From: Elsinoe ampelina
Taxonomy: Eukaryota
Direction: 5' to 3'
NCBI GenBank assembly: GCA_010093995.1
Contig: ML992510.1
Location: forward strand, 633,504-685,976
Length of the DNA: 52,473 bases
Shown here: piece after piece, positions 1 to 12,117 of the stretch
Layout: every line of letters starts with the position of its first letter
Position numbering within the stretch: the stretch's first letter is position 1
Program-made: the position numbers and the translations under genes
The notes under the pieces: generated by a model
The model's database searches: none
What the model was told of the DNA's origin: nothing
Seen by the model: only the letters and a program-made list of their open reading frames with translations

Positions 1-948
1 ACTACCAGCTTCTCTTCAAAGTAACGCTTCAAACGCATGTATATGGTAGGAACTGCTGAGAAGAAAGTCAAGCCTCCCTGCTTGAATCTATCCCAGGTCC
101 AGGCCGGATCGAAGCTCCCACTCCTGAACTCGATAGTCGCGCCCGAAATCAGGAAAGGAAAGAACATCATGCCGACACCAGTCGCATGATGGACCGGCAA
201 CAGATGGAGCAAGATATCAGAACTTGTGATCTGGTAATGGTCGGCGACTCCCTGCGCTTCATCAAAGTAGTGCGTCCTTCGCATTACAGCACCCTTTGGC
301 GGTCCTGTCGTTCCACTTGTGAAGATCACAACCCCGGCAGCATTCGGATCTGGAGACCTGTCGGAGGAGATGAAGACCTCGTCTGGAACTATCAGGGGAC
401 GGAAGCAGGATGCTGCAATCGCCAAGGCTGCGAAATCTTTCTGCACCTTCTCCTGCATCAAGTGCTCCAGCTCCAAAGCCTGACGGGTCACAGGTCCAGA
501 ATATAGCACGGCTACTGATTGGGATTTCGATGCGTAGTAGAACGCCTCTGCTGGTGATAACGCCACAGCTGATCGTCCTCAGTCGGCCGCCATAAAAACC
601 CTGGTTGTACTCACAGATTGGGACTACAGCGGCACCGGCCGCAAGCACAGCCAGAACACCGATGGCATATTCGTATCCTCCCCCTGCCAGGACCGAGATG
701 AACACTTCTTCATCGTTTGCCAGCTTCTTTCGCGTGTTGGCAGACAGCTGGTCAAGTAGGCGGCATCTCATATGCAGCACGTCCGAGAGCAGCTGCAGGT
801 ATGTCGATTCTGTGTTCCCCACGACGTCTCGAATGGCAAGACGTGGTGGTCGCTCATGTGCAAATCGTAGGAGTCGAGTGAAGAACAGATTCCATGGTAG
901 GATATTTGGTCCTCTATGCGGAGGGACCAAGGAGGTGCGGTCTGTCAT
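1..948 (-). CDS. AMP-dependent acyl-CoA synthetase/ligase, 5' part (runs off the left edge)
   Basis: ATG at 948. Intron 569-614 (GTGAGT...CAG) restores the frame to the AMP-binding motif IFTSGTTGPPKG (~290-327), then LPVHHATG and FFSAVPTIY. Confidence 0.9.
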
Positions 949-1267
949 GTCCTCATTCTGCGGAAGTCACGTCTAGCTTTTTGAGCAAAAATTATAATTA
1001 GACCTGTCCCATCTGATTGTCATTACACATCAAAGCAGCTAATGGTTGTGGTAGTATCAGATCTGCCCCGCACATCACCCCGCAGTCGGCATCAACTTCC
1101 GAGCATTCTTGTGGGGACCCTCAAGGACCTCGGTGCAATGCTTGATCATGGGCTGTTTTGAATACTTGACTTGATCGAGGGCTTGACTTGATGGTTCTGG
1201 TAGTTGTTGCTGTCATTGACATTTCGCAATATCGCCCTTTCAGCCACCAGCGCCATAGACCATTATC

Positions 1268-3373
1268 ATGGCAGACCAGACGGACGACTCTCAAGGATTC
1301 ATCGAGAATCTGAAAGGCGAACCCAGTGACTTTACCTCTCATCTCAAGCCCAGTGGGGAGAATGGCTCGAGTATCTTGCAGGGTCTGCGAAAGCAGTCTT
1401 CTGTCCGCACTTCAGACTTGTCGTACCACTTGCTAGGCCAGTATGGATTCTTGGATCGGCAGGAGCGCATCCTCAATATATTACTACCAGAGCCTCTGCT
1501 GAGGAAGCGAAAGCAGTCCCATCTCTCCCGACCAGAGAGGTATTACTTGGGGCTTGCTCGTGCGAAGCTGCTACGGAGACTGTCAGTCAAACATGGCTGG
1601 GACCGCGAAGATGACAAGATGGCAATGTACCTGGTCGACGATGTTTCTCCTTACACTCTGCATATGGAGATGTTCATTACTACCATCAGAGAGCAAGGTG
1701 ACGATCAGCAAAGAGCTTATTGGATGCCAAAGATTGAGAATTGGGAGATCATTGGTGCGTATGGTCAGTCTGAGCTTGGTCATGGTAGCAATGTGCGAGG
1801 ACTGGAGTGCGAGGCGCGATGGATTCCAGCGGCGAAGCACTTCGTCTTGCACAGCCCGACTCTTACGGCCAGTAAATGGTGGAATGGCTCCCTCGGACGG
1901 ACCGGGAATCATGCTATCATTGTCGCTCAACTCCTGCTGCCGGACAGTTCTGGTAGTTACAAATCGTACGGGCCGCACCCGTTCATTGTACAGATTCGGG
2001 ACATGAAGACACACAAGCCATTGGAAGGTATCACAGTCGGTGATATCGGACCCAAATTGGGCTACAAATCCATGGACAATTGCTATTGCTTGTTCAACAA
2101 GCACGTCATACCTCACAGTGCGATGCTGTCACGATACTCAAAGGTGGACCCGGACACTGGTAATTACTCCAAATTTGGTAACCCAGCTGTTGTCTATGGA
2201 TCACTCACTGCTGTCCGGGCCAATATCGTCATGCATGCAAGATTGATCCTGGCGAGGGCAGTGACAGTAGCTGTACGATACACATCTGTTCGACGGCAGT
2301 TCCAAGACCGCGATGGCGATAGTCAGCAGGCCGAGATGGCTGTCATCGACTACCCAACGGTCCAGATAAGGATACTACCACTTCTGGCCACCACTTTCGC
2401 CTTGCACTACACTGGACAAGCGATGCAAGATCTCTACAGCCGAACAAGATCGAACATTGAATCTGGCGACTTCTCTACCTTGGCTGAGCTTCATAGCACA
2501 TCCAGCGGTCTAAAGTCTCTCTGTACCGAGCTCGCGGCGAATGGAACTGAGACTTGCCGCCGAGCTTTAGGAGGCCACGGCTTCAGTGAGGCAAGTGGGC
2601 TAGTGCAGCTCAAGAACGACTATCTATCCAAACCAACGGTCGAAGGAGACAACTGGATGATCACACAACAAGGTAGCTCCTACCTGATCAAGCAGATGAC
2701 AGCTGCAATCGAACATGCATCTGGTACGACTGCCGAGCCTTTCCAGCAAAGCTGTAGAGCCTACCTGGCGTCGAGAAGCCACCATCATCCATTGCCGATA
2801 TTGAACGATGATGCAGCGATTGTTGAAGCCTTCGAGCGACGCTCCCTTCACCTTACCTACCAGGCATACGACCTGCGAGTCGTACAGAAACGACCATGGA
2901 ACAGTCTCATGATCTTGCTCCGCAAGCAGTCAATTGCCCATTCGCAGTGGCTTTTGGTATCGAACTACCAGAAAGCGCTCAAGGACAATACGATGCCGGC
3001 AGCACTATCTCATATTCTCCGCCTACTCTTCCGCTTGTTCGCTTTATACACGATTGATGAGCATGCTAGAGAATTTGCACGGTCACAGGCCGTTTCAGAC
3101 GAGGATCTCGATAGGATACCCAGGATCGTCCAAGAGCTGATGAAGGATATCAGACCGCACGCCGTGAACCTGGTCGATGCTTGGTCGATACCGGACTACC
3201 TTCTCGACAGCGCGTTGGGGAGATATGATGGTAGGGTCTATGAAGATCTCTTCCATCGAGCTCACAGGCTGAACCCGCTCAATGATGTTACGGTCAATCC
3301 GGATTGGAGGACCACGGAGATTGAGATGGGGAAGGGAACGGAGCTCATTGATGCGATTGCGGCGAAGCTATAG
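1268..3373 (+). CDS. Peroxisomal acyl-CoA oxidase
   Basis: Intronless 701-aa ORF with GAYGQSELGHGSNVRGLE, KWWNGSLG, GDIGPKLG, CRRALGGHGF, PTVEGDN and DSALGRYDGRVYE; C-terminal PTS1 -AKL. Confidence 0.95.
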   Translation: MADQTDDSQGFIENLKGEPSDFTSHLKPSGENGSSILQGLRKQSSVRTSDLSYHLLGQYGFLDRQERILNILLPEPLLRKRKQSHLSRPERYYLGLARAKLLRRLSVKHGWDREDDKMAMYLVDDVSPYTLHMEMFITTIREQGDDQQRAYWMPKIENWEIIGAYGQSELGHGSNVRGLECEARWIPAAKHFVLHSPTLTASKWWNGSLGRTGNHAIIVAQLLLPDSSGSYKSYGPHPFIVQIRDMKTHKPLEGITVGDIGPKLGYKSMDNCYCLFNKHVIPHSAMLSRYSKVDPDTGNYSKFGNPAVVYGSLTAVRANIVMHARLILARAVTVAVRYTSVRRQFQDRDGDSQQAEMAVIDYPTVQIRILPLLATTFALHYTGQAMQDLYSRTRSNIESGDFSTLAELHSTSSGLKSLCTELAANGTETCRRALGGHGFSEASGLVQLKNDYLSKPTVEGDNWMITQQGSSYLIKQMTAAIEHASGTTAEPFQQSCRAYLASRSHHHPLPILNDDAAIVEAFERRSLHLTYQAYDLRVVQKRPWNSLMILLRKQSIAHSQWLLVSNYQKALKDNTMPAALSHILRLLFRLFALYTIDEHAREFARSQAVSDEDLDRIPRIVQELMKDIRPHAVNLVDAWSIPDYLLDSALGRYDGRVYEDLFHRAHRLNPLNDVTVNPDWRTTEIEMGKGTELIDAIAAKL

Positions 3374-3601
3374 TTGAAGTAAGGATTATTGACCAGCATC
3401 GTGCAAAGCTGAGGAGGCTGCTCAGGTCAGGAATCATTATTTCGTGGCACATGATCGGCCCAAACAGGATCCGTGCTGTAATTGCTACTACAATACCGAC
3501 AAAAGTACTATTAGAAGCTGTAGTTACTACCGGAAGCTATAGTTACCACCAGAACATGAACAAACGTGTCGTCCAACTCGACAACTCTTCGAATCCACAT
3601 C

Positions 3602-4354
3602 TCAAATCTTCGCCTTCGCCTCCCTATCCACCCTCTTCCCCCTCACATAACTAATCTCCCTCAACCCCCTCGCCGCCTCCCCCACCAACTCCTCCCTCAA
3701 CACCCCATAAACCCCCATCCTCCCCTTCCCCGCCCACGTCCTCGCCACCTCCTCCGCCCTCACCAGCACCTCACTCTCCTCGACCGCCTCATCCACCACC
3801 CCATCCCGCACCGCCTCCTCCCCCGTCCACCTGTGCGCTTCAAGCAACATCTTCCTCGCCACCGTATGCCCCAGCTTCAACCTCGGCAAACTCCCAATGC
3901 CGGGGAAATGCAGCCCCAAATCCACGGGCGGCATGCAGATGAACCCGCGCTCCACGTTCATGATCCGGTAGTCGTGCGCGAGGATCAACGGACACGCGCC
4001 CCCGAAGGTGTGCCCCGTGATGGCCGCGACGGTGGGGTGGGGGAAGTCCAACAGCGTCGCGAGCAGGGGGTAGAAGCCCATTGTGTTGGCGTGCGGGTCG
4101 GTGGCTGATTCTTCGAGCTCGAGGCCCGTGCAGAAGAATTTTGGGGAGGAGGAGGTGGTGATGAGTGCTGCTGGGGTGGAGGGCGGGATTAGAGAGTGGA
4201 TCTTGTGGATGCTGCTGATGAGGAGTTGGCAGTAGCTGGAGTTGAGGCGGTTTTCGGGGGGTTTGCGCAGGGTGAGGGTGTAGATGTGGGAGGAAGGGGC
4301 GCGGGTGCAGAGGAGGAGGGGGTGGGAGAGGATGGTTTCGGGGGTGGGAGGCAT
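3602..4354 (-). CDS. Enoyl-CoA hydratase/isomerase (crotonase family, likely delta3-delta2 isomerase type)
   Basis: 250-aa ORF with KFFCTGLEL, PTVAAITGHTFGGACPLILAHDYRIM and ICMPPVDLG; ends -AKI (PTS1-like). Confidence 0.88.
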   Translation of the reverse strand: MPPTPETILSHPLLLCTRAPSSHIYTLTLRKPPENRLNSSYCQLLISSIHKIHSLIPPSTPAALITTSSSPKFFCTGLELEESATDPHANTMGFYPLLATLLDFPHPTVAAITGHTFGGACPLILAHDYRIMNVERGFICMPPVDLGLHFPGIGSLPRLKLGHTVARKMLLEAHRWTGEEAVRDGVVDEAVEESEVLVRAEEVARTWAGKGRMGVYGVLREELVGEAARGLREISYVRGKRVDREAKAKI

Positions 4355-4651
4355 GGTGGTGGGTGGGGATGGTACTGCCAGAGCTCGGTGGTGGACACGG
4401 AAGTTGACGTTGGGTTGATGTCTGGCGAGGATCTTCTGGTGGGTAGATATGCAGAGATGTGTGGTGTTGCTGTGATGGGCCTCGGTGCTGGATATGCGGG
4501 GTGCGGGGCATGGGGATGCAGATCATCTGTCGTTACCGGAGCATCGACAGTGTCTAAGTAATTGTGAGGACGACAGCGCTCGCTGGTCTGGTAGTATTTT
4601 CTGTTCAGGCTATTGATTACACTTACACACCACTATGTACCCCCTCCTCCC

Positions 4652-7100
4652 CTAAAACTGCGTAACAATTCCCGTCCCATTAATTCCCACCACCCCCCAC
4701 TCCTCCGTCGTATGTCTCTTCTTCAACTCACTATACTGCAACAAGTCAGCACCACCCGCACAATCCCCTTCCACACCCACTCACCTTGAACCCAAAATTC
4801 AACACCAACGCCACAATCAATCCCACACAAGTCACCACCGGCCCCGTCAACGCATCAAAATCCTTCCCAGACCGCTTCCTGATCAAATCGCTTCTCCAGC
4901 GATACACCCACCAGCCCCAAAGCCCGATAAAGCCAGCCAGCGCAGTATACACCACCGCCAATCCCCGTGCGACGTTATTGTTCTCACCCGCAGCGTTGAA
5001 GAGACCGAGACTCAGACTGGCGAGCAGCACGGAGACGTGTTGCCACTTGATGAATGTGCGTTGATTGGCAAGCCATACTTTACCCTCGACCTTGACGGGG
5101 CCTTGGTCTTTGATCCAGTACTCTGGTTTGCGCACGCCGGGGGGTAGAGGGGCGTCGGGGTCTTTGGATTGCCGAGCGAGGCGGAGGCGGGCGTATTTGC
5201 TGGTTGAGAAGCCGGGGAAGAGGCTTTTGAGGCCGGCGGAAGAGGAGAGCACGACGGGGTCGTCGTCGTCTGAGTCGGGTTCGCCCGCTGTTGCGGCTGA
5301 GGCGGGGTCGCGTGCTACGCCGTCGATGCTACGTCTGTTGGACTCCTCGGCGGCGCGTGTAGCGACGGGACTTCCTTGGTCGGGGCTGGCGACCGGGCTG
5401 AGAGCACTAAGCTTGCCTGGTGGAGTCTTGCTCATGGCTGATTTTCCTATAAAGGAGCCGACAGCAATCTCGTCCTCTGCTTGGCGTTGACGGCGCTCTT
5501 GTTCTGCTTTGAAGGCATCTTCTGGCTTTTGTCGGATGTCTTCGTCGAGGGCGGACAGCCAGAAGGGGAAGGCGTTGACATTGTCTTCGAACAACTCGGC
5601 CACACCGTGGACGAATTTGGAGAAGCGAGGTGCCTCGCGAACGAGATGCGATGACATGAGATCTTCGATCCATTCGTATGACTTGTGGCCGCGGATCTTG
5701 ATCTCGAGGATGCCAAATGGAAAGCGGGAGATCTCACCCTTGCGGATCGTCTTGAAAGGATATTCCAGGTTCGCATCATCAATGTCATGTCTGTGCCAGT
5801 CTTCCGGATCTCTGATAGGACGATCTGTGTCGATCGCGTCCTCTCGTATGAATGCTAGGTTGGTATCGAGTGAGATGCGAACACGAGAGTCACCAGGAAT
5901 CTGGAAAGCTGTGCGTGTGTAATTGGCGCGGAGAACCGGTTGAAGCTCCTTCTCTTTGATGAGTGTCTGAATGTCTTCCACGGCAGTCTTAAAGCCTTGA
6001 GCTTCTGGCGACTCGGGTCCGGAACGGTCTTCGAGCTTCTTGATTTGCTTCTCCATGTGGTTCTCGCCATTGATGAAGGATTGGATGTACTTGTCTTTGA
6101 TTGGAAAGCGCTTCTCGCTACTCGTGTTGTCTTCATTGACAGTCTTCTTTTCAAACATGATTTCTGGTTTGCCCGACAATTGGTCATACCATCGAAGACG
6201 TAACGAAGAAGCTGTACCCTGATGCTCGACCTTTCCGTTGTAGAGATCGAAATTAGAGTTGTCCAGATATATTGAGGTCAGAGTTGGATCCCTCTGTCCA
6301 GCTTCCGCAACCTTGGATGTTTGTGGATTATACACAAGCACAGGCAGTCTACGCAGGATGTTGGTCTTGACCTCGAGCAGGTTGTCGGGGTGTACCCAGA
6401 ACTTGTGAGACGTGTAGGACTCCCCTCCAGACTGTGAGTCGGAGAACGACGCTCCAGCCTCCTTGCCATCCAATTGTTGTCTCACAAAGGAGTAGGTCGT
6501 AGATATCCTATATAGCAATGGGGAGTAATCTTCTTTGTTGAATGGCACCTTGACGAGCAGACTCTTGAGCGGGCTACGCACGGAGATCCTGCCGCCACGT
6601 TTCCGATCGTGCTTCTTCGCGATCTTGAGGAAGCCGGTGTAGTTGATGCGAGAGTACTTCTCCAGCTCGCTGATCTCCTTGGTAATCCCATCAAGCTCTT
6701 TGAGTGCGTCTTTCAAGATCGTCTTGCGCTCTTCTTCGCTGGGTACAGCCTTCTTGCCTTCTCCGTTGGACTTTGGTTGTGCTTCTTGCCCATCTTGACT
6801 TTCACTGATCTTACCAGCGCTCGCGATCGGATCTAGCTTCTGCTCAACCTTTGTAGTCCTGTCCCTCAACTTTTGGTAGGTATCGCGGTGGAAGCTCTGC
6901 ACTTTCTCGAGCTGCACGTTTACCAGCTCATTGTAGAACTTCTCAGCATCGTCATCGGTCCATTTGTCGTCGGCAGGCCGAGTCGGAGAGGAAGCAGCAC
7001 TATCGTCTTCTCTCAGCAACTTCTTGAGCTTATTGTAGTCGATGTAGTAGTCCTTCCATGGCGGATAGACAGCGTTTCTGAGCGTCTGACCGAAGCGCAT
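4652..7100 (-). CDS. VTC2: Vacuolar transporter chaperone subunit Vtc2/Vtc3 (SPX + VTC + DUF202 TM domain)
   Basis: SPX start MRFGQTL...YIDYNKLKK and NYTGFLKIAKKHD; FWVHPDNLLEVKT; YTRTAFQIPGD; KVWLANQRTF plus 3 TM segments. Terminal intron 4736-4784 gives last exon YSELKKR...TQF* (TAG 4652-4654). Confidence 0.9.
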
Positions 7101-7404
7101 CGTGTTTGGCAGGCCGGGACACTCAAGTTACTGTCTTTGCTTCCTGTCCTTCCAATCCTTTCTGCGCGAAATCACTACATGTAACAAAGAATACTTCTCG
7201 CAGAATAGGATGACTTTGTTTGGGAAAGTGGGCTTGAAAGAATTGACCAATCACAAGCTCGGATTCAAGCATGTAGGTCGGGACCATCGGCTTTTGACCT
7301 CGAGCTGTAGGTTGGAACCGCGACCTCGGAGTCGGGATGACGCATAATTCAACATTTCCACGACCATCTCATCACCACCCATAGCATGACCTGACCTACG
7401 CACG

Positions 7405-8682
7405 ATGACGGAGACCACATCCTCCACCAAACCTCTCATTTCTGCCCTCCACACTGCCCTCCAGCACCTCACCTCCTCCCCCTTCCCACCAGTGCCCTCA
7501 CCACCCAGCACCAGCAAACGCGCCTCAGTCGCCCTCATCATCCGCCTTAGCCCGTCCTACGCCCATCCACCTCCCACCTCGACCTCTCCACCCTCTGACC
7601 TCGCCACCTTCTTCTCCCAGCCCTGGACCCAGCACGCCGTCCCCGAAGTCCTCTTCATCAAACGCGCCGCCCGCAAAGGCGACAGATGGACCTCCCACAT
7701 CGCCCTGCCCGGCGGAAAGCGCGACCCCGAGGACGCAGACGACCTCGCTGCCGCGATACGGGAGACAAGGGAAGAGGTGGGACTCGACGTCAGTCCGGAC
7801 AATGAATGGGCGCTGCAGGCTGGAAATCTACCGCAGCGGTTGATCACGAGTTCGTGGGGAAAAAAGGCGTTGATGGTGCTTTGCCCTTACATCTTCGTGG
7901 TCACGGGAGGTAGCACCAGAGTGAGCATGCAGCCTAGTGAGGTGGCGAGTTGTCATTGGGTACCGGTCTCGGGGCTGTTGGATGGGAGGAACAGGACGGT
8001 GGTGGAGGAGGACGTGAGCGCGGGGTTTGCGAATCAGGAGACGGGGGTGAAGAGGTGGTTGGCGCGGATGGTGGTGGGGAAGATGGTGTTCAGCGCTGTG
8101 AGGTTATGGCCTGGGGAAAGTGTAAAGTGTTTGGAAAGTCCGGCTGCAGAGGCCGAGGGGGAGGGTTGGGGTGTGTGGATGAAAGGGTTGGTGCCTGGTA
8201 GGACGAGATATGAGGTGGAGCCGCCATTGTTACTTTGGGGATTGACGCTAGGGGTGATGGCGGATTTCTTGGATTTGTTGCCGCCGCATAATGCTCTGGG
8301 ATTGTGGAGCTACCCGACCTTCACTCCGCTGGATGTACGGATAGTGATCTGGGTATTGTCATGGAGGTTCCGACAGAGCAAGCAAAGAGAAGTGCAGGAG
8401 ATACAACAGAATCGAATACCTACAGTGGAGGTCGGGTTGGACGCAATTGCTCCTGGGGGGAATCTTAAAGAAGGCGGAATACACGGTCTCTGTACAGGGC
8501 TTGATGCGGACAATGATCGAACGAGGATGAAGTCGAGCGCCGTCAGCACAATGCTAGAAGGGTATTACGACATTGTAAGAAAAGGTGTGGCCATTGCTCT
8601 GGTGGGACGAACATCTGTTCTTATAGCGCTGGCCGCATGGATATATGCCAGACACAAACGGCGCAGAACACTCTTGAAATAG
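7405..8682 (+). CDS. Nudix hydrolase (CoA-pyrophosphatase-like subfamily) with C-terminal hydrophobic anchor
   Basis: KRASVALII, LFIKRA, Nudix box ALPGGKRDPEDADDLAAAIRETREEVGL, LLWGLT; hydrophobic C-terminal segment followed by HKRRR. Confidence 0.85.
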   Translation: MTETTSSTKPLISALHTALQHLTSSPFPPVPSPPSTSKRASVALIIRLSPSYAHPPPTSTSPPSDLATFFSQPWTQHAVPEVLFIKRAARKGDRWTSHIALPGGKRDPEDADDLAAAIRETREEVGLDVSPDNEWALQAGNLPQRLITSSWGKKALMVLCPYIFVVTGGSTRVSMQPSEVASCHWVPVSGLLDGRNRTVVEEDVSAGFANQETGVKRWLARMVVGKMVFSAVRLWPGESVKCLESPAAEAEGEGWGVWMKGLVPGRTRYEVEPPLLLWGLTLGVMADFLDLLPPHNALGLWSYPTFTPLDVRIVIWVLSWRFRQSKQREVQEIQQNRIPTVEVGLDAIAPGGNLKEGGIHGLCTGLDADNDRTRMKSSAVSTMLEGYYDIVRKGVAIALVGRTSVLIALAAWIYARHKRRRTLLK

Positions 8683-9247
8683 AAATGAACAATAGATCCA
8701 AAGAAGGAATCCAAGCATTCCCAGAGACCTGGTCTCCGGTCTTCCATGACCCTTCTAGCCGCCCGGAGGTTGTCGCTCCAGTGGTGCATACGGCGCAGTT
8801 GTACTCTTAACTGTGCCGCCTCCGTGTTGGATTCGAGCGCGTCTCGAGCAGATTGACCCAAACCTGGATACCACGTGTTGGCCCACAGTAGTCTATTGTT
8901 CAGCCCAAGCGGCCCGAGCAACGTCAGTCGATCGAAGAGACGACATGTCTTGTCTTCGAAAACATACATTGTGGTGAAGGACGGAATCACAGGGGTCAGG
9001 AAAATAGTTCCCTTTTCCGGAGCCCCATCCCCGCCGCTTAATCGGCTGCTGGGCCATCTCCGCAATTTTTTGGAACGCCGACGATTGGCGGGCTTTTTAG
9101 ATCCAGAGGGAGTCGATCGCGCTGGGGAGGCCATTCGGTGCCATCTGTCTCTTGGTTGAGTACTTTCTTGCTTGCATGTCATAGACAAGTGCGAGAGAGA
9201 GAGTTCTTCCATCATCTATTTCCAACCTCCAGGTCCAATCTGCAGCC

Positions 9248-10862
9248 ATGAGCAAGGTCTTCACCTACAACGAAGGTGCGGAGATCCCCCGCCTCGAAAC
9301 ATTCGGGTATGCGATACTGACTTTCCTCCGCAGTGCAGCAGCACAGATCCGTCGACAGTTGCTGGGTAGTGCTATACGGCAACGTCTACGATGTCACCAA
9401 GTTCCTCCCCGACCACCCTGGCGGCTCCAAGATCATCCTCCAGCTCGCCGGCACCGATGCCACAGAAGAGTACGACCCGATCCACCCTCCGGGCACCCTC
9501 GAGGAGTCGCTCCCAGCAGAAGCCAAGCTGGGCTCATTCGACATCAGCACCCTTCCCGCCGTGGAGAAGTCCCCCGTAGACAAAGGAAAGGTCGACGAGG
9601 ACGAGATCCCACCACTCGAGGACATGTTGAACCTCGACGACATCGAAGCAGCAGCAACCAAGCAACTCAGCAAAAAAGCATGGGCATACTACTACTCAGC
9701 CGCCGACGACCTGCGCTCGAAACACCTCAACAACCTCGTCTACTCCTCCATCCTCCTCCGCCCACGCATCTTCGTAGACTGCACAAGATGCGACACCAGC
9801 ACCACCCTGCTCGGCCACAAACTCAAAGTCCCCTTCTACGTTTCGCCCGCCGCAATGGCAAGACTGGGCCACCCCGACGGCGAGCACGGTATCGCAAGAG
9901 CATGTGACACATACGGCGCGTTGCAGATCATCAGCAACAACGCGTCGCAAACGCCCGAGCAGATCGTCGCGGGAGCCTCGCCGGATCAAATGTTCGGGTG
10001 GCAGCTTTACGTGCAGACGGAGCGGAAGAAGAGCGAGGACATGCTGGCGCGGATCCACAAGCTGCCGGACGTCAAGTTCATCTGCTTGACGCTGGACGCG
10101 CCGGTGCCCGGGAAGAGGGAGCATGACGAGAGGAGCAAGAACGTGGGTGGGAACTTGCCTGTGAGAGCCGCCGTGACGGACGGCGCGGCGAGCAGCGCGA
10201 AGCCATCGACGGACGCGACGAGGTCGGGAGGGGTGGGCAAGGCGCTGTTCGCTGGCACGGCGCCGGATTTGACGTGGAAGACAACGTTGCCGTGGTTGGA
10301 GAAGCATACTCACTTGCCGATCGTGCTCAAGGGGATCCAGACGCATGAGGATGCGTACATGGCGTCGCTGCACGCGCCGTTGGTCAAGGGGATTATCCTG
10401 TCGAACCACGGTGGGCGGGCTGCAGACACGGCGCCTCCTGCCATTCACACATTGATTGAGATAAGGAAATACTGCCCAGAAGTCTTCGGCAAGATTGAGG
10501 TCTGGGTGGACGGTGGCATCAAGCGAGGCACAGATGTGGTGAAAGCACTCTGCCTGGGCGCTAAAGCAGTGGGCATGGGACGAGCGCCCCTGTTCGGTCT
10601 AGGTGCAGGCGGTACGGCCGGTGTGGAAAGAGTGCTGGAAATTATCAAAGCAGAAACCAAGACGGCCATGCGGCTGCTCGGTGCAGAACGAGTCGACCAA
10701 CTCGGTCCCCAACATGTGAGTTGCATCAAACGTGATGCCGTACCAAGACGGAGGGGGCTGATAACAAATTTCCAGATCAATGCCAGGGCGGTCGAGAGGG
10801 ACGTTTACGATGGACCTGCAGGCCTGGAAAAGTTGGGCATGTGGCTGCAGTCGAAACTTTAG
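9248..10862 (+). CDS. Flavocytochrome b2-like FMN-dependent alpha-hydroxy acid dehydrogenase (cytochrome b5 + FMN_dh)
   Basis: Introns 9276-9333 and 10716-10775. Heme motif [39 protein letters not shown]; ends -SKL. Confidence 0.92.
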
Positions 10863-11437
10863 GGAGATGGAGGGCAAGGCTGGCGATGCTCGCTGTCAGC
10901 GAGGGGTCGCTACACAACGGGAGGCTTGTCCAAAACGTGCAGCCTCGGGGCAGACCTGTCATGCGGTGTGTCGCGTACAGTATGTGTGTCGGCCGCAAGA
11001 TTGCAGTTGGAAAGTCCACCATGTGGGTCGCGTAATCATACAAAGCAATATCACCAACAGGATGATGGATGGGTCTCCTGCTTGTCTGAACGGGAGGCAG
11101 CCCCACCAATAGAAAGCCTCGTTTTTTCGAGAATCTGTCTTGGAGTGCTTCTGGGCGTGAATGGAATCCTCCGTCCCGATGGGAAACTTTTGTCCTTACC
11201 GTTCCATGGCAAGCCACTGATATCTTCTGACGGACATCTGCAGGAACAAGGACTGTGGGGAGAGTGTGGTTGGTAGTGTAGCGACGTTTCAGATATGCGG
11301 GAGGGGGAGGGCGGTGGCGAGGGTCATGGCCGTTAAGGTTCTCTTCGAAGCGAAAAAGGGGTGCTGGGCAGGAGGTGAGTTGTGGTGCTTGTGCTGTTAG
11401 ATATCGTGCTTGTGTCCCCTGGTGTATTATTGAGCAT

Positions 11438-12117
11438 TTAGCCATGATGGTGATGAACCAGCCTATCGACCATGTTGATTGATCCTAGATGACCGTGATT
11501 TACACTGTGGAGCAGTAATCTGTGAAGATGCTCGGTGATGATCAAAAGGATGCAAAGGGTGGTGCCCTAGATCTCTGATGATTCTAACTCGGTAGCTCCC
11601 GACATGATTGGTTCGCCTTGCGGGCCATCGGGGGCTTAACACCCCCACATGGTGCCTGCATGAATCTGATCTCGGCCTCCTTTCCAATCTCGCCAAACCT
11701 CTTCTACACCTCTGACATGCTCCCACCATCCGGAAAAACTCTTCATGTCGTTCCTGACTCCTCGCCCGTCCATGCAACAAAGGCTAAGCTTTGCTGAATC
11801 GCTGCAGCCACGCGAGCCGGTCAATCGGGACATGCAAAACAACCCTCTTGGATACTATTCGTGAAACGCTGGACTCCCTTTGCTCGCAACCGACCGTTAT
11901 CATTGGACCTCCTGGTGGGCATCCTAAGATCTGGATGGAGTCTGCGCACGTCGAGGTGCCCCATCAGCGCCATATTCCAACGCCTCGTCTGAGACTGGTT
12001 GTCGTGACCGCTCGGTTGGTGAAATTGCATCATGAGCCCTGTCCCTCCCCTTAGCCTGATTACACGATATGTCCGTTAGTCGTGCCTGAGAAGGAGTCAG
12101 AATGCTTCTTGTATAAA
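11438..12117 (+). promoter_or_regulatory. Putative LPMO promoter: three XlnR-type GGCTAA sites and a TATA box
   Basis: TTAGCC 11438-11443, GGCTAA 11782-11787, TTAGCC 12051-12056, TATAAA 12112-12117, all upstream of ATG 12312. These are short motifs, so chance occurrence is possible. Confidence 0.4.

Noticed and set aside
3566..4561. Pro/His- or Gly-rich alternative-frame ORFs over the crotonase (also 32813-33778, 37617-38399, 49607-50446)
   Set aside because: Shadow ORFs caused by GC skew and codon bias of the real genes.
8565..9215. 216-aa minus-strand ORF between the Nudix and cytochrome b2 genes
   Set aside because: Overlaps the Nudix 3' end and the neighbouring promoter, and has no domain features.
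10777..11445. 222-aa minus-strand ORF downstream of cytochrome b2
   Set aside because: No recognisable motifs and antisense overlap with a real gene end; likely spurious.
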